Source of the DNA: Macrostomum lignano
Taxonomy: Eukaryota
NCBI GenBank assembly: GCA_002269645.1
Contig: NIVC01000025.1
Span: 1 to 64,000, forward strand
DNA: 64,000 nucleotides
Reading direction: 5' to 3'
Shown: positions 11,292 through 22,219 of the stretch, piece by piece
Numbering within the stretch: the stretch's first letter is position 1
How the letters are laid out: each line of letters begins with the position of its first letter
Notes under the pieces: generated by a model
The model's database searches: none
What the model saw: the letters and a program-made list of their open reading frames with translations, nothing else
Told to the model about the DNA's origin: nothing
Position numbers and translations under genes: made by a program

Positions 11292-14200
11292 GACTCAGTG
11301 ACAGGTCCTGACTCAGCGACAGACCAGCTGACAAAGAGATCTCAGAAACCTGTCCTGGCCTATCGCGAGTTTAAATCTCACATTCGGACACACGCAGAAG
11401 CAAAACACGCAAACAAACCATCCGCAGGTGGAGCAGTGGTGCGCCCTGTCCGGTTTGATCAGCCGGCAGTCCTCGCAGATGCGGATGCCGTTGCCATTGG
11501 CCCGGGTGTACACCGGCAGGCCGCGCTGCCGCACCAGGCCCAGCAGGTACTCCGTCTTTCGCTGCCTGCTGCTGCCGACCTCCTCCAGACTGGCCCATTC
11601 CGACGGTGACAGCTCGAACTGCAAGGCCCAAAGCAGCTTAGACACGGCACCTGGGAATTGACCTTAACTGACCCCTAAACTGCACCTGAGATTTGACCTT
11701 AACTGACACCTAAACTGCACCTGAGATTTGACCTTAAATGACCCCTAAACTGCATATGAAAATTGACCTCAATTCTACTCACCTGCCTGGGCGGTCGAAT
11801 AGGCCAAGTCAATGACGCTTGAGCATAGCTCCACAAAAATATGACAAGAAACAGGTGGTAGAACACTATGAGTAGGACTGCAATTAGATTGTAAAATATG
11901 CATACATTATGCTTAGTAATAACTTACTATAATACAAATTAACCAATTGAGAAAGCTTGTAAAACAGAATTACCCTTCTCTCCTGTGCTTGAAGCTGGGA
12001 CAGTTTCTAAAATTTAATGATATAACAACCAATTTGAGCATTACTCATACAAATGCTTAAAATACAAATGAAAATGCACCTCTTGATTCTTCTATTCTCA
12101 TGTATAAAATCAATGTTGACTTCTCTTACTGGCAACTATTTCCAGTAAGACTATGACTATTCAAAAACTCAAAAAAATTAAATATATGTTCTATAAAACG
12201 GTTTTTATATTTAAATTTTCATTTGCATATTATTGTCATAGTTGCCATTTCCATGCTATTGATATAGCAGAATGAAGTACCATAGGCTATCTTTTGATCC
12301 CATAGTCTAAAGGATTATTTGGTCAATACCTTGCTTTGTTTGAGTGATTATTAGCAACATAAAATTGTAACTTGTCTATGGCAAACATTCAAATTATTTT
12401 ATTAAACCATTTGTTAAAACTAACTTAAATTTTTTTTGAATATCTAGGTTTACCTAAATACCTATTAAGAACCCTATATACTTGTACTTCAATGCATGCA
12501 TTTTAAAAGAGAAGATTTCAAGAATATTATTTGAATTATAATACTATATAGTATAAGCCAGTAAAAATGCCTTTTTCATTATGGTATGCCACCTTTTTTG
12601 CATTTGTGACAATAAAGAACCCTATTCGCAGTTGTGACAATTTAAATGATTGAAAAGTTCAATTGAAAAAACATGTTTTAAATTTTTTGAAAAATGTTTT
12701 GTAAACAAATACTTTTTTATACTGTAGTGAGCCGCTAGTTTCGTTAGGCGCCGCACTAGTCAGCTGTTGCCCTCACCTTCGCCCCAGGCTTCTGTCTGCC
12801 GCTGGGCAGTTGCCTGTCCCTCCTCGCCTGTCCTCCCACCTGTCCTTTGCCCGTTTGCCTGTCCGCCTGTTTGTCCTTGTTTGCCTTTTTTGTTTTGTGT
12901 TCCCTTTCTGCAGTGCCCAGACAGCTTGGTCTGGCCTGCCTCTGTTTCATTCTCTGTTTGGCATCTCCAAATTTGGAGTGCCATTCTGTTTTCTGGTCCC
13001 ACGGTCATGAGTGCCTTCACTTGTGGGCCTTTTCCCCTTGTCATGTGAGCCAGTCACATGACAAGGCTTTCTTCCTTCTTTAGTCCAAAGTGCAATGATT
13101 TCATCATTGTACGCTGGGCTCGTGTTTATGGGGAGATCACGTGCGCCCGGACCCCCCTTGCCTCCTCTGAGGCAGGGCCCGCTTGTTTGTTGCTAAAAAT
13201 AGCAACAGAGTCACTCATGACTCTCAGCGGGGGTCTTTCGTGCTATGGTGCAATCGATCCTCCCTATAAATGCAGCCCCTCTCATGGCTTGGCACAGACA
13301 AGCCTTTCTGTGCCCTTGCTCCGTATTCATTTCTCCTTTCCGCTGTTTCGCTCAGCGCGTGTGCTAAAGTTTAAACTCCAAGACTCCCGACTTTGCGCGT
13401 GACTGCCTCTGATTGCTCCTGCTATCAATTAGCAGGCGAGCTCGGATCTCCCGAAGCTAGCACTTTCGCTCTTACACCGCACCAGCCCGGCAGGGACTGC
13501 TGACAGTGGGCACCTCTGCGCGAGAACTGCTAAATCTGAACGGAGTGCGAGTCTCTTTCTCTCGTCTTAGTTATTTGCTTCTACGGGCTCCGCACCTCAC
13601 CGAAGGCTGCGACTCTGCGAAGCTGGTGGCAGCACTACCTACGCTACAAGTATTGTTTCTAAGAAACCGGCAGCTAGAGGTCACTGCCCTGCGCCAGGAG
13701 ACCTACCAGGCCATCTCTAGTCGACATCGCAGAAGCCTGTACTTCACTGGTGGCAACGATTCGATTGAAGGCCTCTAGACAACAACAGGCAAGACACCTA
13801 TACTTCATTGGTGACTCAGCGGTGGGATTCCAGCGTCAAGTCAAGGATCCGACTTCAAAACACCCAAGACAACCGCTCTTTCGAGTAAGAATTCGGCTAT
13901 TCTACTAATTTGAAATGCTTAACGAGAGAGAAGAGAGCCGGTGCAGCAGCCGGTTGAGTCAGCACGAGCATATCAGCAGTTCAAGGCCTGCAGCAGCAGC
14001 GGCTGCCGCAGCAGCAGCAGTCAACAACCTTGGTCAGCAGATGCCGCGGCGAAGTGAGAGAAGCGAAGTGTCCGAAGACCCGCCAGACGAGCTTCTCGAG
14101 CTTTCGAGAACTCCATTGTCTGGAAGGCGCCAAGGAACTGGTGCAGCGCTCTGCTTAACCCCCAGTTCGCATGCTGAACGGGGAGCGCGACGTTGACCCG

Positions 14201-17200
14201 ACGCCATACGCCACCGCTGAAGCTCTCCTGGCTCTGACTGATCTGCTGGAGAAACAGCAGCGACTGCTAGACAACCTGGTGCAGCGTGACCAGCAGCAGA
14301 AGATGAGTCCGCCTTTGAAGGCCATGATCTGCTATGGCTGCGGTCAGCCTGGTCATCGCAATGCACAGTGCCTGCTACGCCAGAACCAGGGAAACGGCGA
14401 GACGGAGAGCGCCGACGGCAACGCCCTCTGCAGAGCCCAAGCCCCGGCTACTTGGCAGACTCCGAACGCTCACCAGAAGAAGAGGATGTCGGCTGCACAG
14501 GCGCCAATGCCCAGCCCGACAATCGCTCATCAGTAAGTGAGGCTGAGTGCGGAGGTTTCGTGGACACCTCCGATGATCAAAAAATCCATGCGTGTGAGGC
14601 TGATCCGTACATCACCGGCCGATTGGCGGGCCGAGAAGTCCCTTTCCTACTAGACAGCGGCAGTCGGAAAAACTTTCTTGGAGCGTCGACCTGGGCCAAT
14701 GTTAGGCGTCGGATGCCTCGTTGTATTATATCGCATGCTATCCCAGATTGCGTGACCATGTACGACGGTACGCAGCTACCTCTTGCGTGTAAGGTGGTCA
14801 TCCCGGTGGAGTTTGGTGATGTCGTCGCGGACACCGAATTCCTGGTCACGGTCACCGTTTGTGAAAATTTGCTTGGTATTAATTTCATGCGTGAGCACTG
14901 CCAGAACTTGGACTTCGCTAAAGGAATGCTAAAGTTCTGCTATAGTGCTATAGCAGGAATGCTATAGTGCCCAAGAAGGACGGCAACATCAGGCTGGTGC
15001 ATGACTTCAGAGCTCTCAACGACAAGTGCGTGTACCACCCGTACCTGCTGCCGCACATTCAAGAGACTTGCGAAGCTGCGTGGTGCCCAGTGGTACTCTA
15101 GCTTGGATCTCGCTCAAGGATTCTGGCAGATCCCGCTGCGCGACTGCGATCAACACCTGACGGCATTCTCTGTGATTGACCGCGGACAATTCTGTTTCAA
15201 TGTTCTACCGATGGGTCTCCACGATAGTCCAGGCAGCTTTCAGCATTGCATCAATAAGCTCCTGGACGGCCTGACGCCAAAGACTGCGCTTGGCTACATG
15301 GACGACATCGTGGTGCACTCAGTGACCTTCGAGGAGCAGCTGGACAACCTGCGGACTGTACTCCAGCGGATTATCGCAGCCAACCTCAAGGTCAAGCCGA
15401 AAAAGTGCCATTTGTTCCTCAAGGAGCTGCATTATCTAGGTCACGTCGTGACTCCTGACGGCCTGAAGACCTGTGAGGACAAGATTGCGCAGATCCGTGA
15501 TTGGCCCGTGCCACAGTCCGTTACTCAACTGAGACAATTCCTAGGCCTTGCCAATTACCACCACAAGTTTGTCAACGGCTACGCTGGATTTGCTGCGCAG
15601 CTGCATGCCCTGACTCGAAAGGACATCGGCAGCCTGCGGCAGCATTGGACTGATGAGCACCAGGTAGCGTTTGACACGTTGAAGAAGAAGTTGTGTTCGA
15701 CTGAAGTTCTCGCTCTGCCTGAGTTTAACTCAGATCCTGATGTGAAGTTTGTCCTAGACACTGATGCCTCAGACATTCGCATAGGCGCTTGTCTTGGACA
15801 ACGGCAATCTGACGGCGTCGAGCGCCCAGTTGTATTCTTTAGCCGGAAACTTCGTGATCCTGAGAAGCGCTACACGGTCACGAAAAAAGAGCTGCTTGCA
15901 ATCGTGGACGCGATGCGACATTTCCGTCATTATTTAATCGACAAGAAGTTTGAAGTTCGTTCTGACCATCGGGCCTTGCTGTGGCTGCTGAACCAGACGC
16001 AGGTCACAGGCATCTTGGGCCGTTGGATTGAGCGATTAAGCGAGTCCCGCTTCCAGCTCCACCATCGCAAAGGCCAGGACCACGCCAACGCTGACGCCCT
16101 GTCAAGACGCCCGGAGACACCACCGGTTGACTTCGAACATGGCCGACTGCTGGAGCACCCCGGTTCTGCAGCCCGACACGGTGATGACACCAGCCGGGAG
16201 CCGCACTTGGACACCACACGTGAGGCCACTGCGAGAGCAGCCCGCACGAAGAAGGTCCACACTCGCAACAAGGAGGCCGAAACTGCCCTGGCCAAAGACC
16301 TGGAGGCCACTGCTCCAGCAGCCCTTCAGCACGATGACCATCGCTGCAGTCAACGCCTGGAGACCAGCCTGGACACCAACCCGGAGGCCACTGATTCCTC
16401 AGCCCTCCGCAGGGATACCCATGCTGCCTGTCGTTACTTGGAGATTCGCCCGGACAAGACCTCGGAGGCCACTGCTGATGTAGACCTCCTTGATGATATC
16501 CAAGACTGGATCTCGGAACCTGGAGACGCCCATGGACTACGACTCAGAGGCCACTGAACAAGCAGCCCTTTTGATGACGGCCCACAACGCAGATCCAGAG
16601 CAGCAATGTAAGTTCAACCCCCGGAGTTTTGCGCTGAGATTTCTCGCCGTGTTGACAGAGGCCAGACTCTCGCGATGGCTGCAAGGTCAACGCTCTGTCC
16701 CCTGAGCCGACAGACAGCTGCTCATCGCCTGTGCGGAAAGTCGAGTCCCCCTTTGCGACACCGCCCAGTGCTGGAGAAGACTCACCCAATGACGACGATG
16801 ATCGAGCCGACGGCTACGGCTGCCTGCGACGAGGCGTGCTTCACGCGTTGCGTCTCGCCCTACAGCCAAGAGTCGCCTGGGCTGTGCAGTGGAGGCAAGT
16901 GCACTGCTCCAGCTGCGGAAATTCCTGTCAAGAGAGCGACGATAAGAACTTCGAAACGAGATCAGCGATCGTACGCCGATGTTGTGAGACAAAGTCCCTC
17001 GGAGCGACCTAATCCTGACGCCGACAAGACGGAGTCGCGTGATCAACTGTGAGTCAAAGCGGAGTCTGCGGGAGTCATGAACCCTCAGCCATGCCGCGCC
17101 GTGCTCACCGATTTTATGAGGTTGCCGATGACGCGGCAACAGTTTGTTGACGCGCAGCGCACCGACCGAGCTATCAGCTACGTGCTCAACTTGGTCGAGA

Positions 17201-20200
17201 ACAAAGCCCCGAAGCCTGAGTTCGACGCCCGGTTGCGACTAACAAAGGAGCAGCGGAATCTGCTCGGATATTATGATAATCTGCTAGAGGACAACGGCCT
17301 GCTGTTGATCGACCTGACCGACGGCTAGCAGTCCCCGAAGGTTGTCCTGTCTAAGTCTCTTGATGCCCAGGTGCTCCAGGAGCTCCACAGTTCGCCACTG
17401 TGTGGACACCTCGGCCAGACGAAGACGTTGAAGCGGCTACGTAAACGATTCTGGAGGCCCGGATTAGCCCGTGTCACCAAGAACTTTATCAGTAAGTGCC
17501 GCGCCTGTCTTGAAAGTAAATCTCGAAGAAGAGACCCAGTACCTGTACAGAGCTTCCCTGTGTGCGAAGTTCTGGGAAGAGTACATTGCGACGTAGTAGG
17601 CCCTATTGCCCAGAAGAGCAAGAGTGGGAACTGCTACATCTTGACGCTATGCGACGCGACGTCGAAGTACCCGTTCGCCTATCCTATGAGGAACCAGAAA
17701 GCCAAGACGGTCATCAAGATCCTGCAGGAGCGCTTGATCCCTGACTTTTGTGTACCATGCTGGATACACACTGATCAAGGAACCAATTTCACGGGCTCAG
17801 CTTTCAAGAAGTTCTGCGACCTGTTTGGCATCCGGCATACGATGACAACACCGTACAATCCAGCTTCTAATGGGCAAGTCGAGAACCTCAACAAGCAGCT
17901 GAAGAGTGTCCTCACCTGCCTCCTCGAGCGCAACCATAACGACTGGGACACCTTTCTCCCAGCCTGTCTGATGGCTCTTCGCTCTAGTGTACACCCGGTG
18001 ACAGGTTTCACGCCTCACTACCTGGTGTTTGGTCGAGACTTCCGACTTCCAATCGACCACGCGATCAAGAAGCTGCCGGTGTATGCCGACCTGCCGGACT
18101 ATGTCAAGGACTTCCAGCGTCGTCTAGACGAAGCGACTGAGCTAGCCAAAGAACGCCTGCACCTGCACCAGCAGCTGCGCGACGAGCACTACTCGAACCT
18201 GCCCGCCGCCAAGAAGCTCAAACCTGGTGACCTGGTCTTCCTCAATAACCTGGTGCTCGAACCGGACGAAGCGGCGAAGTTTCATCGACCTCGCAAAGCG
18301 CTGTACGAGGTAGTCGAACCCAAGGGCGAGGTCGTCTACAAGATTCGCCGTAGAGTGCCAAACCCGCGGGCCAGGCGCGACGAGCTAGTAGTCCATCGCC
18401 GGAATCTGCTACTCGTACCTGATGCCGACTACCAGCTGACTTCGGATCCAGAAGTCGACAAGGCCAAGAAGCGCCGCAGGTCGACTGATGCCCCGGACGG
18501 TGCAGGACCTGCGACCCTGACACCGATCCCGAAGGACGATCCCGATGACGATGATGATGACGATGACGCATGGCCGGCCTTCCGGTGGCACTTCCGGCCG
18601 TTGGCGATCCCGGTCAGGAGGTGGACTGGTCACGACACCAGCGAACCAGGCAAGTGCATTTCGGCGTGAGCCACTGCTGTATGGTGATCGCCATGATGGT
18701 GTGCCTGGTTTGAATGCGTCTGAACCTGTTGCTTCTTTTTCACCTGTCCATGCGTCCCCACTTCCCGAACCTTTTTCTGCGGCCCAGTCTCCTGCACCAC
18801 CTTCTTGCACCACTCCGGTGGAAGCGTCTCCCATACCAGTAGTGGTAGCTAGGCCAGTTAGGGATCGGAGGCCGCCGGAAAGGCTTCTGATTAGCAATCC
18901 TAGGGCCAAAACGTACGTTAGTCGCACCGCCCGCATGCGTGTGCACAAATTAAAACCTTTCAGCGCAGAAATGCACAAACGCCCATACCAAGCGAGCTCG
19001 AGCTCTTCATCCGGCGCTGAGCAAGGTCGGCCCAGCCGTAGCAGGCGCCGGCCCAGTACGCCAGCTTCGCCGGAGACTATGGGAATCCCGCGCCACCCGC
19101 TAGCGACCATTAACCGGCGACTCCTGGACGAGGGCGACAATTTGGCGAGGTCGACGCGCCAGTCTTATAGGCGCCCACGCCGCCGCACTCCGTCACCCGA
19201 GCCCCAGAGTCGAAATGGACGGCCAGTCCGGACATCTGCGCCCAGGCGAAGCCCGTCGCCCGCTCGAGAGGACCGTGTGCCTTAACGCCCTGCTCGTGGT
19301 CGCCGACACCAGGCCGAGGTCATCGCGACTTTACAGGCGACTCGCCGCCACCGGAGGCGGAAGTGCGGCGACTCACGGCTGAACGGCTCGCGGCTGCCCT
19401 GGCATACGCTCAACTCGAGCAGCAAGTAATGCGGGGCTTGGCGGGCGTCCGCCTCCACATCCGGAATTCTCTTGCAGGTAACGTCGGGACTCGGCTGGTT
19501 GCCAGCAGACGAGCCGGGTCGGAGACCCATGGCGATCCCGAAGGAGCAGGATGACACGGAGTAGACCCCGAAGGCTCCAGGCATCCCGAAGCGGCCCCGT
19601 CCCCGATGTCCTGGGCTGACGAGACCCAGGGAGCCGCTGCGTGCTCCGAGGACATTTGGACCGACCTGGCCGTCTCTCTGAGCCGCGCCCTACCAAGAGC
19701 CCCGCCTCCAACGCCAGAGTGCTCAGCGGAGACTGTCAACGCCGGCACTCAAACGGAAACGCCACTCCCGGAGGCTCGAGCCACTGTCATCTTCGCCGGT
19801 GCCAACCTGCTATGTGCCGTGCTCACAAAGGCGGCCCGGAATGGCGAGGAGACCGTCGACCTCCGCGGTCCGATCTGGGCAGAGCTTTGCCGGACTATGG
19901 CCGATGAGCGGCGCCAGCTGTTCAAGGAAGCGATCGGCCTGGCTGGCCCCGAGCTGAAGCGACCGACCTGGCTGTATGCTCTCCATCTGGCGGCCGTCCG
20001 CGTTGCCCGGCTTCTGGGCGGTGGCGAAGAGGACCTGCCGGTGATCCTGCCGGCCCCGCGTATGAGCTACTTTGATTAACTGATGAGCCTGCGCAAATGT
20101 ACGCCCTTGATGATGAAGAAGTTGTACCCCCTTCGCGCACTCCCCAGGAGCCTTGCGTGTGAACCCCGAGTCATGACTCCCTCCTGCTCCCTATTGCCGC

Positions 20201-22219
20201 GCTAATTAAGCGCCCTTGGTGCAGAAGTCCCTGAGCCGTCTGGCTTGTTTATTCAGGTTAGCGCCCTGCTGGGCGCCATTACGGTCCGATTATCCGCAAT
20301 TTTGTGGGACTCGAAGCTATGTTTAGGCGCCACTTCTATGGTGGGCCGGCGCCCCCACGCAATGCTTAGGCGCCATTTTTTCGTGGGCTGGCGTCCCCAT
20401 GTAATGATTAGGCGCATGCTATTAGCGGGCTGGCGCCCCAGCCGTATCAGGCCGCAATCTTTACGACCTGGCCAGTCGCGCAATTTCTCGAGCGCATTTA
20501 AATTTTGTCTTTTACCAGTAAATGCATGTTTATCTTGTTTTAAATAAAGCGCGCGCCGCTTCACTCCGCCTCTTTATTTGAACGGGGAGAGTGTAGTGAG
20601 CCGCTAGTTTTGTTAGGCACCGCACTAGTCAGCTGTTGCCCTCACCTTCGCCCCAGGCTTCTGTCTGCCGCTGGGCAGTTGCCTGTCCCTCCTCGCCTGT
20701 CCTCCCGCCTGTCCTTTGCCCATTTGCCTGTCCGTCTGTTTGTCCTCAGTTTGGTGTCATTTTACTTATAACATTCATGGCTACAACATGTCATGGTTAA
20801 AAATAAGGATTTCAATTTTTTCCTCACTGGACACCAGTGAGGGCTAATTATTATTAGGGCTAATATTATTAGGGCTAATTATATTTATATTATATTTTAG
20901 GCCTGCCCCTACTATTAATTACAACTATATATATGTTGATCTAATCTCTTAGCTAACTAACCTAAATGCTATTTTGGGTTTATGTCGTAGGGGTCTTCCC
21001 GTACGGTACAAAATCCTACCGCTGTAACCAAAGTTGTCCTAGGGCTTGCTTCTGTCCTCCAACTATCCTACTAATTGCCACCAAAGTTGTAACAATGCTA
21101 ATTTACTATTCTCTTAAGTGTTCTTCTTAGGTTGGTAGCTGCCACCAAGATTATTCTATTAATAAGTTATGAGTTTATTAATATTAGAATAATCTGAAAA
21201 ATGTTTCTTAGAATAGGTCTGAATATTTAGTCTGAGTATTATTCTTAGAAAAACTGTTAGCCCTGAAAGGTTTACTCTTCTGATTATTCTGGTAGTGTTC
21301 TATTATTCTGGTAGCCTTCTACTTAATAATGGCCTGAGTGGTATTTTGGCTTACTGGTATATGTATTTCATGTACTTTGCAAGTCCTTGGGTGTTACCGA
21401 GATCAGAGGGTCACAGCCTCCGTTATTCTTACATCTTACTTCAGATCTACTTCGTAACTTCTTATTATTCAACACTTTCCTTCTTAGTAGTATACACAGT
21501 ACACACCTCCGTCTGCTTCACTCTTACTTCTTAAAGGAATGAATACAGAAAACACTTCTTCAATTCTTATTTTCTCGGAACTCTTATTTGCTATCAACTT
21601 GTATTATTGCGAACCATGATGCACGAGGTTGGTTTATAGTTTTGTAAAACATTTTCAGTTTTAACACAAGTTTTTTGAATATTAAAATTTTGCAAGCTTT
21701 TAATATTGGTCATTATTTTGGCACATTTTTGTATGCAATAAAAAGTTCAATGGATATACATTGGCATGCATGAGCTAGGGCCTACAAAAGTAATTTTTGT
21801 TCTGGCATACAGTGGTACACGATCCTGACCCTGGGTATAAGTAAGCCCCTATAACAAAGGCCTAGGCCTAGCCATATCAGTTTTAATTCCTATAGTTCAG
21901 GATAGCTGGATAGGTCTAAGAATCCTGAATAAACTTTAAAAACACAATTTTATTAATTTTTAGCTAGACTAGCCTAGGTTAGAAATAGAACAGCTATTAA
22001 ACTTTTCTTAGGCCTAACTTAAGTCATAACTCTAGCTAGTCAGCAGAAAAAGAAAGCAACAAATATTAAAATTTGAATGCCATTGAATTATAAAAAGTTG
22101 TACTTACCAATACACATAACAATGATGTATGCATAATATGACCAACCGATTATACTTAAAATTACAAGAAGGGGTATTGCTTTACAGACTGTAAAACATA
22201 TTCGAAAAATCTTATTCAT
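9645..22219 (-). CDS. ZDHHC2/15/20: DHHC palmitoyltransferase, 7 coding exons: 22219-22108, 12006-11974, 11877-11783, 11618-11419, 10681-10528, 10190-9928, 9753-9645 (966 nt, 321 aa)
   Basis: [46 protein letters not shown] and TTLESF motifs; all junctions are GT-AG and phase-compatible; exon lengths sum to a multiple of 3. Confidence 0.92.
9771..9885. repeat. 26-bp tandem repeat, about 4 copies
   Basis: GATCTAATACACATCTAGATGCAGAT units. Confidence 0.9.
9928..10190 (-). CDS. ZDHHC2/15/20: ZDHHC exon 6 (TM4, TTxE motif)
   Basis: [14 protein letters not shown]...[11 protein letters not shown]...NFKQVFG..WLLPMFS; donor GTGAGT. Confidence 0.9.
10216..10463 (+). repeat. 35-bp minisatellite (GGGGTCAGTTAAGGTCAAATCTCAGGTGCAGTTTA), ZDHHC intron 5
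   Basis: About 7 degenerate copies. Confidence 0.9.
10528..10681 (-). CDS. ZDHHC2/15/20: ZDHHC exon 5 (DHHC motif)
   Basis: [28 protein letters not shown]; acceptor CCGCAG, donor GTGAGT. Confidence 0.93.
10795..11290. repeat. (CAGA)n microsatellite
   Basis: About 500 bp of AGAC units. Confidence 0.97.
11419..11618 (-). CDS. ZDHHC2/15/20: ZDHHC exon 4 (Cys-rich domain)
   Basis: FELSPSEW...[19 protein letters not shown]; acceptor TTGCAG, donor GTTTGT. Confidence 0.9.
11647..11770 (-). repeat. Inverted copy of the 35-bp minisatellite, ZDHHC intron 3
   Basis: TTGACCTTAACTGACCCCTAAACTGCACCTGAGAT is the reverse complement of the unit at 10216-10463. Confidence 0.9.
11974..12006 (-). CDS. ZDHHC2/15/20: ZDHHC 33-nt micro-exon ([11 protein letters not shown])
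   Basis: TTTTAG|...AAGG|GTAATT, phase 1-1; corresponds to the SMENTGEQ segment of vertebrate ZDHHC2. Confidence 0.7.
12723..13807 (+). repeat. 5' LTR of element 2
   Basis: First 155 bp repeated at 20592; ends in CA before the PBS. Confidence 0.85.
13809..13828 (+). other. PBS, tRNA-Leu-like
   Basis: TGGTGACTCAGCGGTGGGAT, an imperfect match to the tRNA-Leu 3' end. Confidence 0.65.
14171..14536 (+). pseudogene. Short gag with CCHC zinc knuckle
   Basis: [14 protein letters not shown] (CX2CX4HX4C); appears to lack most of the capsid. Confidence 0.75.
14368..14967 (+). pseudogene. Aspartic protease
   Basis: [12 protein letters not shown] and NLLGINF motifs. Confidence 0.85.
15001..16557 (+). 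pseudogene. Reverse transcriptase and RNase H (frameshifted N-terminus)
   Basis: [43 protein letters not shown]. Confidence 0.92.
17077..18669 (+). pseudogene. Integrase (HHCC and DDE)
   Basis: [11 protein letters not shown]...CRAC; VHCDVVGP; HTDQG; NGQVE; stop/frameshift near 17328. Confidence 0.92.
19606..20079 (+). CDS. Additional ORF of unknown function between integrase and PPT
   Basis: 157-aa ATG ORF with a helical amphipathic-looking C-terminal half; same frame as 19363-19554, separated by one TGA. Confidence 0.4.
   Translation: MSWADETQGAAACSEDIWTDLAVSLSRALPRAPPPTPECSAETVNAGTQTETPLPEARATVIFAGANLLCAVLTKAARNGEETVDLRGPIWAELCRTMADERRQLFKEAIGLAGPELKRPTWLYALHLAAVRVARLLGGGEEDLPVILPAPRMSYFD
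20592..20746 (+). repeat. Truncated 3' LTR of element 2
   Basis: Follows purine tract AACGGGGAGAG; matches 12723-12877, then stops abruptly. Confidence 0.9.
22108..22219 (-). CDS. ZDHHC2/15/20: ZDHHC exon 1 ([37 protein letters not shown])
   Basis: ATG at 22219; TM1 with GWSYYAY; donor G|GTAAGT. Confidence 0.85.

Larger units (their letters stand above)
12723..20746 (+). mobile_element. Ty3/gypsy LTR retrotransposon 2 in ZDHHC intron 1 (antisense to host); 3' LTR truncated
   Basis: 5' LTR 12723-13807 (TGTAGT...CA); PBS 13809-13828; gag-PR-RT-RH-IN order; PPT 20581-20591; 3' LTR copy 20592-20746 with 5 mismatches. Confidence 0.93.

Noticed and set aside
6917-11334. Many ORFs with periodic sequence (ELSCTCT, YFSQCY, RQTD/SVCL)
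   Set aside because: Translations of non-coding 34-bp, 22-bp and CAGA repeats
20760-21600. Minus-strand coding-like, stop-riddled remnant
   Set aside because: Probably a decayed TE, but no diagnostic motif could be recovered
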